The notes below the pieces were generated by a model. That model did no database searches. It saw only the letters and a program-made list of their open reading frames with translations, and was not told the origin of the DNA. A stretch of 61,732 nucleotides of DNA from Octopus sinensis (taxonomy: Eukaryota): assembly GCF_006345805.1 (NCBI RefSeq), contig NW_021832266.1, positions 1 through 61,732 of the forward strand, read 5' to 3'. This document shows positions 25,971-38,352 of this stretch, one piece after another (the stretch's first letter is position 1; each line of letters begins with the position of its first letter). The translations under genes and the position numbers were made by a program.

Positions 25971-27029
25971 GTCTCTAATGGACGATCTCTGTATACGCGT
26001 GTGTGTGTGTGTGTGTGTGTGTGTGCATGTGTGTGTATGTGTATTGTGTGTGTGTATGTGTATTGTGTGTGTGTATGTGTGCGTGCGTGTGTGTCTGTGT
26101 ATATGTGTGTGTATGTGTGTGTATGTGTATGTATGTGTGTGTGTGTGTATTGTGTGTGTGTATGTGTATTGTGTGTGTGTGCGTGGGTGTTTGTGTATTG
26201 TGTGTGCGTGTGTGTGTATGTGTATTGTGTGTGTGTATGTGTATTGTGGTTGTGTGTGTATGTGTGTGTATGTGTGTGTGTGTGTGTGTGTGTATTGCAG
26301 TCTCGGCAGAAATGAGGAGTTAATTAAAAAATATAAAAAAAGATCAAAATAAAGATTAAAGATCTCAGTGCAGGTATAACTGCTGTAACAATGACGACGA
26401 CGATGACGGCGGCGGTGCGGCGGTGACGGGCGCGGCGTCGGCGGGGGCGTCGACAATAAAAATAACGACAACAACGGGAATAATGAAAGGACGACAACAG
26501 CAATGGAAACTGCAACAAAAGAAGCAACAACAACAACAACAACAACAACAGCGTCAATAACAACATCGGCCGCAGCATGAGCAGCCGTAACAACAATGAA
26601 ACGATGACAACAACAGCAATAACAGGAACATCAACAACAGCAACAACAACAACAACAACAAGAGCATGATCGAAAATTGCAACAGTTTTTCATTCAGCTA
26701 ATGGCGAAAATTTTAAGGCAAAAAAAATGCCGAGAATGAAAACACAAACAGGAAAAAAAAAAACCCCTCTAAAATTAATTATCAACAAATATTTGAAGAA
26801 CCTGACAAAAAAAGGCAAACTACTTAAATATATGGAGCAAGGTAAAATGAGAGAGAGAGAAAAAGAGAGGGAGTGAGAGAGAAAGAGAGAGAGTGGTGGA
26901 GAGAAGGAGGGATTTTAAATATTTATTAAATTTGTAATTTTTTTAAAATTCCTGAACGAACTGTTAAACCGTTGAAGCAATGCTGAAGCGGAAGTGTTTT
27001 AATGAAATGAAGAGGTTTCTGCGCTTTGG

Positions 27030-27086
<57 letters not shown>

Positions 27087-27199
27087 TTCAAATTTTGGCA
27101 CAAGGCTAGCAATGCTTCAGGTTAGTCGATTAAATCGATCCCAGTTGTAATCGACTAACTCCCTCCTGAAGCATTGCTAGCCTTGTGCCAAAATTCGAA

Positions 27200-27237
<38 letters not shown>

Positions 27238-27888
27238 ACTGGCACTTATTTTATCGATCTTGAAAAGATGAAAGGTAAAGTTGACCTTGGTGAAATTTGA
27301 ACTAGGAACGTGAAGACACAAAAATACTGCGTGACATTTTGTCCCATGTGCTAACGGTTCTCTCAGCTCAATGGCTTCAAATATTGGCCCAAGGTCAGTA
27401 ATTCTAGGGCGTAGATAAGTCGATTATATCACGTCCAGGTTGACCAGGCCTGGGCGTGGCTCAAGCATTTCCGCCCACAAATCACAAACATAAAAAGCAA
27501 TGAGGTTGAAGAATTACCTGAGAATTGCTCTGATACAGAGAGGAGTTTCGGTTGTTGATTGACAGAGGGGAGGGGCAGAAAACTGAAATGGGTGGAGGAA
27601 AAGAGTGCATAGTGGTTGTTCGGGGTTTGAAAGAGAAAACGAAGCTCGATGAGATCAAGAGAAGGCGTAGAAAGAATTAACCTGTAGAAAATGAAGGGGT
27701 GCTGCTTTTTATGTGTGTGATTAGTAAGAGGAAATCCTTGAGTCATGCAGGGTCAGCCATCAGAGAACTCATAGAAATCAACTCATTTTAAATTGTGATA
27801 TGGCTTTTGTTCAAAACAGAACAATTGCAACCTGTGGATAGGTGTGCCGTTCAGTTGGAGGATTGAAAAGGCAGAGGCAACAGGCATG

Positions 27889-28942
27889 TCATCCGCGTCA
27901 AATTATCAGTTTCCAAACCGCCGCGCCCAATCGTCTCATTCTGAGAGTTCACATGTCTGTGGAATTACTCAGCCACTTACACGTTAAATCAGGGAACGAG
28001 GATTCATTTCAATCATTGAATGTCTGACAGAAATTGATATTACAAGTGCATTTAGTTTAACACACGCAGCCTATGAGTGATCTAAACCTTTTGAGTGAAT
28101 TTGGGGAGCCTGTTGCCCCTGGCCGGACTCACGAGTCATACAAGGGCCTCACATTGCATCATCAATGACTCATTTCAATGATTCTTTCTGGCAATGACTT
28201 TTCTCATATACGACAAAGCAGCTTCTATATATTTGTTTTTACTATTACCATCCTTATTAGTTGGATTTAGCATAATCCCAACCATCCGAGTTCTTCGCTC
28301 AGTATTCCTGGAAGCTTGGCTGTGGTAGTGACCTCAGGAACCTACTCCATTGGGCCCTATCAGAATCAACTGTGATTGGACTTTCCAGCTAGATTCCCAA
28401 TTGTGACCAACTGAGTCTATGTCTATTCGTCAACCATCTCTGTTCTTCGTCAAGCCCAATGTCTCCTGCTGGATGGCTCGGCTTGAAGAATTTGTCTTAC
28501 GATTCTTTTGTTCGGTGTTCCAGTCACTTGTCCGTAGTACCGGCGATGTGACCTCTTAGTGAAGAGAAGTGGCGTCTCAATTTGAAGAAACTCTCAGATC
28601 CCCGAACTATTCGCCCTGTCGTATCTTAATCCAGAGTTCCTTAGGACAAACCCGATTTCGGCCGCATATTTTCGCTATTCGTACTTTTTCGGCCCATCCA
28701 TTGGGCTTCTTTACAATTTTCGGCTGCCCAAATTCACTCAAAAGGTTTAGATCGTTCAGAGGCTGCATGTGTTAAACTAAATGCACTTGTAATTTTAATT
28801 TCTGTTAGACACTCATTGATTGAAATGATTCATCGTTTACTGATTTAACGTGTAAGTAGCTTGGTACTCCACAGACACGTGAACTCTCGGAATGAGACGA
28901 TAGGGCGCGGCGGTTTGGACGCTGGCAATTTGACGCGGATGA
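27889..28942. repeat. Long inverted repeat: about 221-bp arms (27889-28110 / 28722-28942) around a 611-bp spacer
   Basis: The arms are reverse complements over their whole length, e.g. TCATCCGCGTCAAATT / AATTTGACGCGGATGA and CTAAACCTTTTGAGTGAATTTGG / CCAAATTCACTCAAAAGGTTTAG. Confidence 0.9.
28270..28668 (-). mobile_element. RTE-X-like LINE C-terminal relic
   Basis: AAEIGFVLRNSGLRYDRANSSGI*EFLQIETPLLFTKRSHRRYYGQV...RIVRQIL.../RWLTN...LGI...DRAQWSRFLRSLP resembles the AAEMGFLRR...LRWYGHV...RWLD...DR..WR motifs. Confidence 0.8.
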
Positions 28943-29384
28943 TTGGATATTGAGCCTGTTTAGGTGACAGAACATTTTGGCACAGGAGGCATGCACTCAG
29001 ACGCGTTCGCGCACAGACACAGACACACACATCCACAAATACACAAGCACACACGCAGGTGCACGCAGAATTATATGCATGCAGATACAGTGACGAGAAA
29101 GAGTGGTGAGAGAGACTTAACTGATGCATGCAAGCATAACTAAATGTTTACACACATAAATGGAGAGGAGGAGAAAGATAAATTGAGAGAGAAAGAGAGA
29201 GGGTGGGGAGAAGGAAATAAACATTAAAATGTCGGATGTCAAGTAAGTCAGCATCAAATTATTGACGCCAAAACGTTTCATACTCTGTTCTCTTAACATA
29301 ATTTTCGGGTAGAATCTATGAGCTAAAGGAGCAATCCACCCGATGAGTCTCTTTATAGCTTTTGTCTACCCAGTTCCACTCTCT

Positions 29385-29779
29385 CTCTTATTCTTTTGTT
29401 TGTTTCAGTCATTTGACTGTGGCCATGCTGGAGCATCGCCTTTAGTCGAGCAAATCGACCCCAGGACTTACTCTTCGTAAGCCCAGTACTTATTCCATCG
29501 GTCACTTTTACCGAACCGGTAAGTTACGGGGACGTACACACACCAGCATCGGTTGTCAAGCGATGTTGGTGGGACAAACACAGACATACAAACACACACA
29601 CATATATACATATATACGACGGGCTTCTTTCAGTTTCCCTCTACCAAATCCACTCACAAGGCTTTGGTCCGCCCGAGGCTATAGTAGAAGACACTTGCCC
29701 AAGGTGCCACGCAGTGGGACTGAACCCGGAACCATGTGGCTGGTAAGCAAGCTACTTACCACACAGCTACTACTGCGCC
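29385..29779 (-). mobile_element. Family B SINE, full length
   Basis: Same structure as 23433-23796. Confidence 0.9.
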
Positions 29780-30168
29780 TAAAAAGAATAAAATGGGTCG
29801 ATCAACCCAAAGGTATAGAAAACAACATCTACATCTGTCAAAGCTACCAGAAGGTGGGTTCGAACGCGGGCTTATATCTGCGAAACGAACTTCTTAAACA
29901 GTCGCCCACACTACGCCTAGGTACGTTATGTATATAAATACTCTATGGAAATCGGTTCTTAATACAAAGAAAAGGTTACCAACATTGTCCAGAATCGATA
30001 GTTCAGCTCTTCGATTTACTGTTGCAAAATATTGACAAACAAGTTTCTTGTCTTCAATAATTTAGCAGCTTAACTGCTTTAACTAATCATATTCGACTAA
30101 TTAATAGAGCTCTACGTTGACGTATTGGCATCAGAATATATCATATACAAAGACGAATCATTATGGGC

Positions 30169-30449
30169 CTTTCTTCTTCTTCTTCTTCTTCTTCTTCTTT
30201 TCTTCTTCTTCTTCTTTTCTTCTTCTTCTTCTTCTTCTCTCTTCTTCTTCTTCTCCTCCTCCCTCTTCTTCTTCTTTTATTCGTTCCTCCTCACTCCTTC
30301 TTCTTCTTATTCTTCGTTTTCTTCTTCTTCTTCTTATTCTATTCTTCTTCTTCTCGTGTTCTCCTCTTCTTCTTCTTATTCTTCTTTCTTCTTTTCTTCT
30401 TCTCTTCGTCTTCTTCTTCTTCTTCTTCTTCTTCTTTCTTCTTCCCCCT

Positions 30450-30481
<32 letters not shown>

Positions 30482-30652
30482 CCCTCTTCTTCTCTTCTTC
30501 TTCTTCTTCTTCTTATCTTCTCTTCTTCTTCTTCTTCTTCTTCTCCTCCCCCTCCTTCCCCTCTTCCTGCTTCACCTCCCCTCCTCCTCCCCTCCGCTTC
30601 ATCTTCCTCTTCCTCTTCCTTATTCTTCTCCTCCTCCCCTCCTCCCTCTCCC

Positions 30653-30684
<32 letters not shown>

Positions 30685-30712
30685 CTTCTCCTTCTTCTCC
30701 TTCTTCTTTTAC
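30169..30712. repeat. (TTC)n/(CTC)n polypyrimidine tract, about 540 bp
   Basis: Nearly purine-free on the + strand. Confidence 0.95.
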
Positions 30713-31847
30713 TAATTTAACACAATTTGCTCGAGTCACGCCTTACCAAAGAGAGTGACTTTTTATTACTTTTCGGGGGTTGAAATTCTAAAGGCGAAAC
30801 CGAGCGAACAATAAATGAGTTTGTATTCTTAATGCTGTTTTGCTGTTGATCTGATTAACGTTTATGTAGAAGTAAACGAAACAAGCATTAAAATACACGA
30901 AAGTTCATGCTGTCTCATCAAGTACAGAATTAAATGTAGAGATTACAAAGTGACATACATTTTGTATAAGGAAACACGACTTGTGCTCAATCACCATTCA
31001 GTAATTATATTTAGTAAGAATCTGGTTAATGGTGCTTTGGTTGTTTTTATAACGGTTCTATTAACAGAGCTGCGCCAATAGCTGTTCTCAGGTCTTTCTT
31101 GATATTTAAGTCAATAGATTATAAAGGTGAATCATGTGTTGTATAGGCAAACATGGCCAACATTCGATCGCCATAAAATATTGGTTTCAAATTTTGGCAG
31201 CAATCCTAAAGGAGGGTATGAGTCGATTACACTTACCCCAGTACATGACGAACTTTATTTTATCGGCTTTAAAAGGTTGAAGGTCAAAGCTGACTTCGGT
31301 GGGATTTAAACACTGAACGTAAATAACCAGAAGACAAGTCACTAACCATTTTGTCCAAAACGATAACGACTCTGCCATCTCTCGGCTTTGATTAGCATAA
31401 AATATTTTGATTAGCATAAAATATATTTTGGATTAGCATAAAATATTGTTTTATAATTTTGGCACAAGGATATCAATTTTAGGCAAAAGGGAAATCCGAT
31501 TACGTTAATCCCAATGCTCAAATGGTATTTGTTTTATCGATCACAAAGGGCAAGGTCAGCCCTTGCGACATTTAAACGCAGAATGTAAATAGCCGGAAGA
31601 AATGCAACTCAGCATTTTATTCGACGCGATAACGATTCTGCCGGCTCGGTTCGCCGCTTTGATGAGCATAAAATTATAAAGAGCTGGGCGTCACAGGGTT
31701 TTATGCTGGTTTTCATAATTGCTCCGCCTTAAGGGCAAAGAACATTAACGATCCTTCCTGGCATTCTATAAGAAATTAAATATAGGGTGGACTAAAAATC
31801 AAACACCGTAACATTTGACATTTTATTTAACGGTATTATTATTATTG

Positions 31848-32095
31848 TGGAGGCACGTGGCTTAGTGGTTAGGATGTTGAACTCATGATCGTAAGGTTGT
31901 GGTTTCGATTCCCAGACCGGGCGATGCATTGTGTTCTTCAGTAAAACACTTCATTTCACGTTGCTCCAGTCAGCTCAGCTGGCAAAAATGAGTAATGCTG
32001 CGACGGACCGGCGTCCCGTCCAGGTGGGGAATTTCTACGCCACTGAAACCGGGAAACCGGCCCTTATGAGCCTGGCATGGCTCGAGAAGAAACAT
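31848..32095 (+). mobile_element. tRNA-head SINE, family D, with conserved central TTGCTCCAGT..CTCAGCTG..AAATGAGT domain
   Basis: A-box TGGCTTAGTGG, B-box GGTTTCGATTCC; central domain shared with 42053-42378. Confidence 0.8.
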
Positions 32096-32108
32096 TTATT
32101 TTTTTAAT

Positions 32109-32162
<54 letters not shown>

Positions 32163-33581
32163 TTTGTTCATCATGTACAAGTACATATCTATTCATCACT
32201 ATTTTATTTATATTCATTTTTAGACAATTGTGGAGCGTATTGAACTTACTTTAAGCGTGACATTTGTCCCATCCCATATATAGATTATACGCTGGCCGTA
32301 TTTTGTTTAGCCAAACAGGACTTGTGTTTAGTCCCCATAAGATAATAACTAGAAACAATCTGGTTAATAGAGAGTGTTTTGTGGTTTTAGTGGCTCCATC
32401 TTGAGGAAGGAAAACAACAAAAGCGACCGATTTCAGGCCCTCCATGACTGTTGGTAGAAAGGGATGAAAAACAGCGATACTCTCGCCTTTCGCAAATCCT
32501 AACAAATCCACCACCCCGGCTATTAGGGGTTTTGTTGTTATTTAGCTCCGACTGATCCAAGGTTTTCCAGCTGTGAATTAAGTCCCAAAACTTGGCCTAA
32601 ATTCTTGAATTAGAGTGGGCCCTGCTAAGGACACCCAGAAGCCAGGCTGGGGTGTTAAATCGAGGACCGAATTGAACTCACTACCCGAGAACAGATACAA
32701 CCCACACGATAAGATTTACATATAAGTTTTACCTGAAAGATTAAACCCAACACCTGGTTACCTGTATGGTTCAACAGTGCAGAAGTTACCCCCGCCTCCT
32801 TTGTTTTCGGTAGGTCCACCATCCATCGACGGATTGCAAGGCCCGTCGTAGATCCATCATCTGATTCATCTTTGCTAACTTAATAGACTTAAGCAACGTG
32901 TACTAAAGTGTTCTGCTCATGAACACAACACACCACCAGGTTCAAGATTCGAACCCACAATTTTACGAGCATGAGTATAATGCCCTTAACACTAATCCGC
33001 GCGTCCTCCACCATAATTTTTACCACCCGGGCTTTGGTCGATCCGAGCCTAAGGTAGAAAACTCTTCCCCAAAAAGGCGGCGCAATGATGTAATATCCCA
33101 AACCTCGTAAGTACGAAGAGACTATCTTAACTGCAGAGCCATATTTGCGTTAGGAAGGATTCTAAAAGGACTGGAATTCAATCTGTTCAGAATATCAGAC
33201 GAATGAAAAAAATGTCTATGAGTTTGTTGACCGAGTGGTTCTATGTAACAGAAATAGAGTTTCACTTGTAATATAACGAGATATAAAGACTTTGAAAACA
33301 ATTTTTAAAGCGTAATTCGTATACTTAGATTTGTGAATCACACACACATCATATATATATATATTATCATATATATGTGTATGTGTGTATGTATATATAT
33401 ATATATGTATGTATATATATGTATATGCATATATTGCATATATATATACACATATATATTATACACATATATATTATGCATATATATACATATATGTGTG
33501 TGTGTGTGTGTTTGTTTGTGTGTATATATATATATTTAGATAGAAGCATATACATACATACATACACACACATATATATGA

Positions 33582-33612
<31 letters not shown>

Positions 33613-34848
33613 CATACACATTCATGCACATACATACGCAGACTCCCCCCCCCATATATATATATATATGAATTGTGCATAACCCAGTGTGAATCAAGTT
33701 TGAAATATATTTGAATATATGGATGCTAAGCTTTCAAACATACACACACATACACACACATACACACACATTTACGAACATAGGCACATCATCGATTCTC
33801 GTAAAATTTTCCCTTTGTTAGTGATTTATTCTGATGAAAAATAAAGTACTTTTTTTTTCTTCCTTTTTTAGTCAGTTTATCCTTGACACTCGAAAGGTTT
33901 TTATAATAGGTAAACATCAGGTTATAATGGATTGAATTATGTTTAGAGTAGTTAAATTGTTTTCCTTCCTGAGTTTTTCTGAGTTTAGAAGGCTTTTACA
34001 TGGAGGAAACTAGATGAAAGCAATAATGAACGTTTTCAAAGTGAATCATTGTTATAAAAGAGAATCTGCCAGAGAGTTTTTTTTCAATACAATGGAAAAT
34101 ACAGGACGTGACGACAGTGAACGGAAAATGGCGACCCATTGAGAAAGAGTTACGTAACTGCGGTTCTTTCCTTTGAGAGTACTTAATAATATCTCTGCTT
34201 TCCTTTTTTTTTTACGTCACTTGGACATAGCAATAAGCGCAACCCCTTTGGCATTTTCGAGGCATTCAGGAAAGGAAATAATTTGTGAAAGGTGCCCAGA
34301 AGCGAAGAAGCGGAAGCTTGTAATTTAGTTATCCATCCATCCATCCATCTATCCATCTTTCTTCTCTGCCCAAAATTCCTGGGTGAGCCATGGGAGTAAA
34401 GCCCTCAGTCATCAGATATATTGTTTTTAACTGAGGCACAATATTTGTAGCTTTAAGAGAGGGGTCTTTATCGATTATAGTGGCTCTAATACCAGAGCAG
34501 TACTTTATTTTATGAAATCCTGAAAGATGAAAAGCAAAGTGGATCTCGTAGGTTTTGAACTTGGAATGTGAAAAAACCGGAACGAGTACCGCTAGACACG
34601 TTCACCGACGGTCTAACGATTTCACCAGCCTGTTGCCCTGGCAATCCAGAAAATAATGATTTCTAATTTAGGCACCAGGCCAGCAATGTTGAAAGGAGGT
34701 GTCAGTCAATACCATCGTGCCCAGTTCTTGGATGGTACATTATTTCATCGTTTTCTAGAAGGATGAAATGCAAAGCTGACGTCAGCAGGAATGTGAAGAG
34801 CTGGAATAAGTATCACGAGGCATTTTATTCCAATGCTATAACGATTCT

Positions 34849-35246
34849 TATTTCTTTATTGCCCACAAGGAGCTAAACGTAGAGGGGACAAACAAGGACA
34901 GTCAAAGGAATTAAGTCAATTGCATCGACCCCAGTGCGTAACTGGTACTTAATTTATCGACCCCGGCGGAATTTGAACTCAAAACGTAACGGCAGACGAA
35001 ATACCTATTTCTTTACTACCCACAAGGGGCTAAACACAGAGAGGGACAAACAAGGACAGACAAACAGATTAAGTCGATTATATCTACCCCAGTGCGTAAC
35101 TGGTACTTATTTAATCGACACCAAAAGGATGAAAGGCAAAGTCGACCTCGGCGGAATTTGAACTCAGAACGTAACGGCAGGCGAAATACCGCTAGGCATT
35201 TCGTCCGGCGTGCTAACGTTTCTGCCAGCTCGCCGCCTTAATAACG
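34849..35246 (-). mobile_element. Family A SINE multimer nested in an older family A SINE
   Basis: 17-bp TSD AATGCTATAACGATTCT at 34832-34848 and 35247-35263; the host SINE continues on both sides. Confidence 0.85.
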
Positions 35247-35314
35247 AATGCTATAACGATTCTGCCAACTCACTGCCTTTATACGATGCATTATATTGCA
35301 TGTAATTACGATAG

Positions 35315-36078
35315 GATACCGAGTCCGAAAACGTTTAGGTTTGAATCAAGCGATATGGCTTAAACTTTACGCCACTGCATTGTAAAACAGAATGGTTTCA
35401 TCTCAAGAGATTGATGACGCGTTAAATGTGTAATATCGGAAGCAGCCGACCACCTTCTGCGAACGTGTGACTTCAGGTTTTGGAGCTAGTTTTAATTAAG
35501 AAATTCACTTTCAGATGAACAGTTTGGTGACCCTGTTGAACAAAGAATCACCTCAAAGTATAGCTGAAATATTGTCTTCTCTGAAGAAAGCATTGTTTCC
35601 CAAACAAGAAAAAGGAAGAAGTGAATAAAACAAAGCTTGTGCATCTAAGTAATTAGGAAATTTGCGTCATACACATGAAATTACACTTGGGCTTTTACTC
35701 GTAAATCTAAAGCTATACAAAGGGGATAACTGTGATTACATTAGCATATACATAGGGAAATTTATAACGTGTTTCATTAAAAGGTGGCCTTTCAGTGTTG
35801 ATTATAGTCGACTAGAATACTAGATGCTCAAAAACCAAATGAAACTACCGTACTTTGTCCGACATTTTCTTATTTTCAGAGCTTTAACTTGGACTATGGT
35901 TTTTACAAACAGGTTAAGGAACTAAAACAAAGCCCATGTAGCACATCTCTCTGAGATATCATCGAGCTAGATAGGAAATTTTGTTGAAAAACACGAAGCG
36001 CTTATTGACAGTCAGTTATTCATTGAAAAAGTCATGTCGACTGTCTTTGAAAGAGCCAACAATGATGCCTCTATGTAA
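35315..36078 (+). pseudogene. Possible decayed coding region of unknown family
   Basis: Three protein-like segments after AG acceptors (GYRVRKRLGLNQAIWLKLYATAL*NRMVSSQEIDDALNV; MNSLVTLLNKESPQSIAEILSSLKKALFPKQEKGRSE; SFNLDYGFYKQVKELKQ...GNFVEKHEALIDSQLFIEKVM), with stops and frameshifts; family not recognised. Confidence 0.2.
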
Positions 36079-37081
36079 TTGTGCAATCCAAAGTACAGTT
36101 GCTTAAGGTGCTTTGCAGTAGGATCGTACCTGGAACAACGCGGTTGCGAAGCGACCTACTTAAACCACACAGACACATGTCACACCTGATCTGTTCGAGC
36201 TGATTAAGGATCAAGACACTCTAGTCATGACCATCAAGAATTCATGGTCGTGAACATATTGTGTCTATATTTACTATCTAGAACTACATAATCCATTGAA
36301 ACTTTCCTCTTCTTAAGACGGTTCAGTGGGATTTGAGGGAAATTTGACTGTTATTTCAAGCAAAGGAAGTGGTCACTTAGAGAGAGAGAGAGAGAAAGAG
36401 GGAGACAGAGAGAGCGAGAGAGAGAGAGGATCTCTCTTATTCATGCGACAAGCATACTCCACTTACTAGAAATAGCTGCCAAATTTTTTCTCATTTACAT
36501 TTTACACACTCGGAAGAAAAGATATACTGTCTGACAAAAAGAGAGAAGGGCATGGTTAGACGGTCTAAGATCCCCATTTTACTAAATAAGGTCTTGCCTG
36601 TGGCTAAATAACAACAACCTAAACAGAAGGCATTATAAGGATGGGGTGAATACAGGCTGAAACCTCAGAAATCTCAGTGAGTGAAGTCTAAATAGGATAA
36701 AGCGTATAATCCGGTGCTCTACTGATTATGATACTCTGTAGATGAGTAGAACGGTACTTGTCGAGTACGACCGGCAGAAATTGATATAGCTTTGTTAATT
36801 ACAAGGATGTAATTTAATTAATTAATTAGAACGGCTCCTTTTGACAGCAACATGCGAGTTCAAATGACAATTTTAATAACGCTTTCTATTATAGACACAA
36901 GGCCAGCAATTTTAGGGGAGAAGATAATTCAATACCTTGGTCTTAGCACCTGACTGATACCAACATTTTTGTTCCCCAAAGGACGAACTGCAAAGTCGTC
37001 CAAACCTCGCCAGAGTTTGAACTCAGAACGTAAAGCCACAAAAAATGCTTCTTTGCATTTTGTCTGGCGCACTAGCGATAC

Positions 37082-37495
37082 TTATTTCTTTATTGCCCAC
37101 AAGGGGCTAATCACAAAAGGGACCAACAAGGACAGACAAAGAGATTAAGTCGATTACATCGACCCCAGTGCGTAACTCGTACTTATTTAATCGACCTCGA
37201 AAGGATGAAAGGCAAAGTCGACCTCGGCAGAATTTGAACTCAGAACATAGCGGCAGACGAAATACCTGTTTCTTTACTACCCACAAGGGGTTAAACACAG
37301 AGGGGACAAACAAGGACAGACAAACGGATTAAGTCGAGTATATCGACCCCAATGCGTAACTGGTACTTATTTAATCGACCCCGAAAGGATGAAAGGTAAA
37401 GTCGTCCTCGGCGGAATTTGAACTCAGAACGTAGCGGCAGACGAAATACCGCTAAGCATTTCGCCCTACGCGCTAGCGATTCTGCCAGCCCACCA
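37082..37495 (-). mobile_element. Family A SINE dimer abutting or nested in an older copy
   Basis: Internal junction at 37256-37280; CTAGCGAT at 37073-37080 and 37473-37480. Confidence 0.85.
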
Positions 37496-38304
37496 CTCTC
37501 TTAATAATAATAATAATAATAATCCTTTCTAAGGTAGGGAGCTGGCTGAATCGTTAGGACGCCGAAGAAAAATGCTTAGCGGCATTTCTTCTGGTTTTAC
37601 GTTCTGAGTTCAAATTCTGCGGAGGTCGACTTTGCCTTTTATCCTTCGCGGATCGATAAAATAAGTACTAGTTGAGCACTGGTATCGATGTAATCGATTT
37701 ACTCACTCCCCAGAGGCTATTGTACCAAAATTTGAAACCGATAATAATATTTTCTACTATAGGCACAAAGCATGAAATTTGCAGTGTGAAGGGTAATCGA
37801 TTAGATCGATCCCAGTATTTGACTAGCACTTATCAATTTCCAAGGGGTGAACGGCAATGTCAACCTCGGCGGGATTTCAACTCAGAACACGAAAGCAGAA
37901 GAAACGCCGCTAAGCATTTTGCCCAGCGTGGTAACCATTTTGACAGCTCGCTCTCTTGGTGTCAGTTCTAATAACACGAAAACAATACATTACCAATATT
38001 TGTTTTGGAAGAGAATCTCAAAGTTCATTTCAGGAACACGACATCGCAGAAGATACGATAATCACTAATAGAATTGTCATTTGAGAATGGACGCGATATG
38101 ACGTGACGTTTGGACAGAAAAAGCTCCTTATTAGAATAACTGCGCTCAACATTTCTGCCGAGAATTTTTGAGGGAACGAAGGCCTAACATTTTAATCCGC
38201 ACAATCTCAGATTTCAGAATATTGTCAGGAGCATAAAAATGGTAAACAAACAGAAAATAATGGGTATTGTTAGAATGATATATCATATCACCACAAAACA
38301 GTTG

Positions 38305-38352
<48 letters not shown>

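Noticed and set aside
26395-26660. GC-rich, poly-Q/T/A-like stretch
   Set aside because: Derived from decayed trinucleotide repeats; stops in every frame and no splice frame.
34122-34135. CGGAAAATGGCGAC (ETS/YY1-like promoter motif)
   Set aside because: An isolated short motif; the ATG frame stops after 4 codons and no other promoter evidence is visible.
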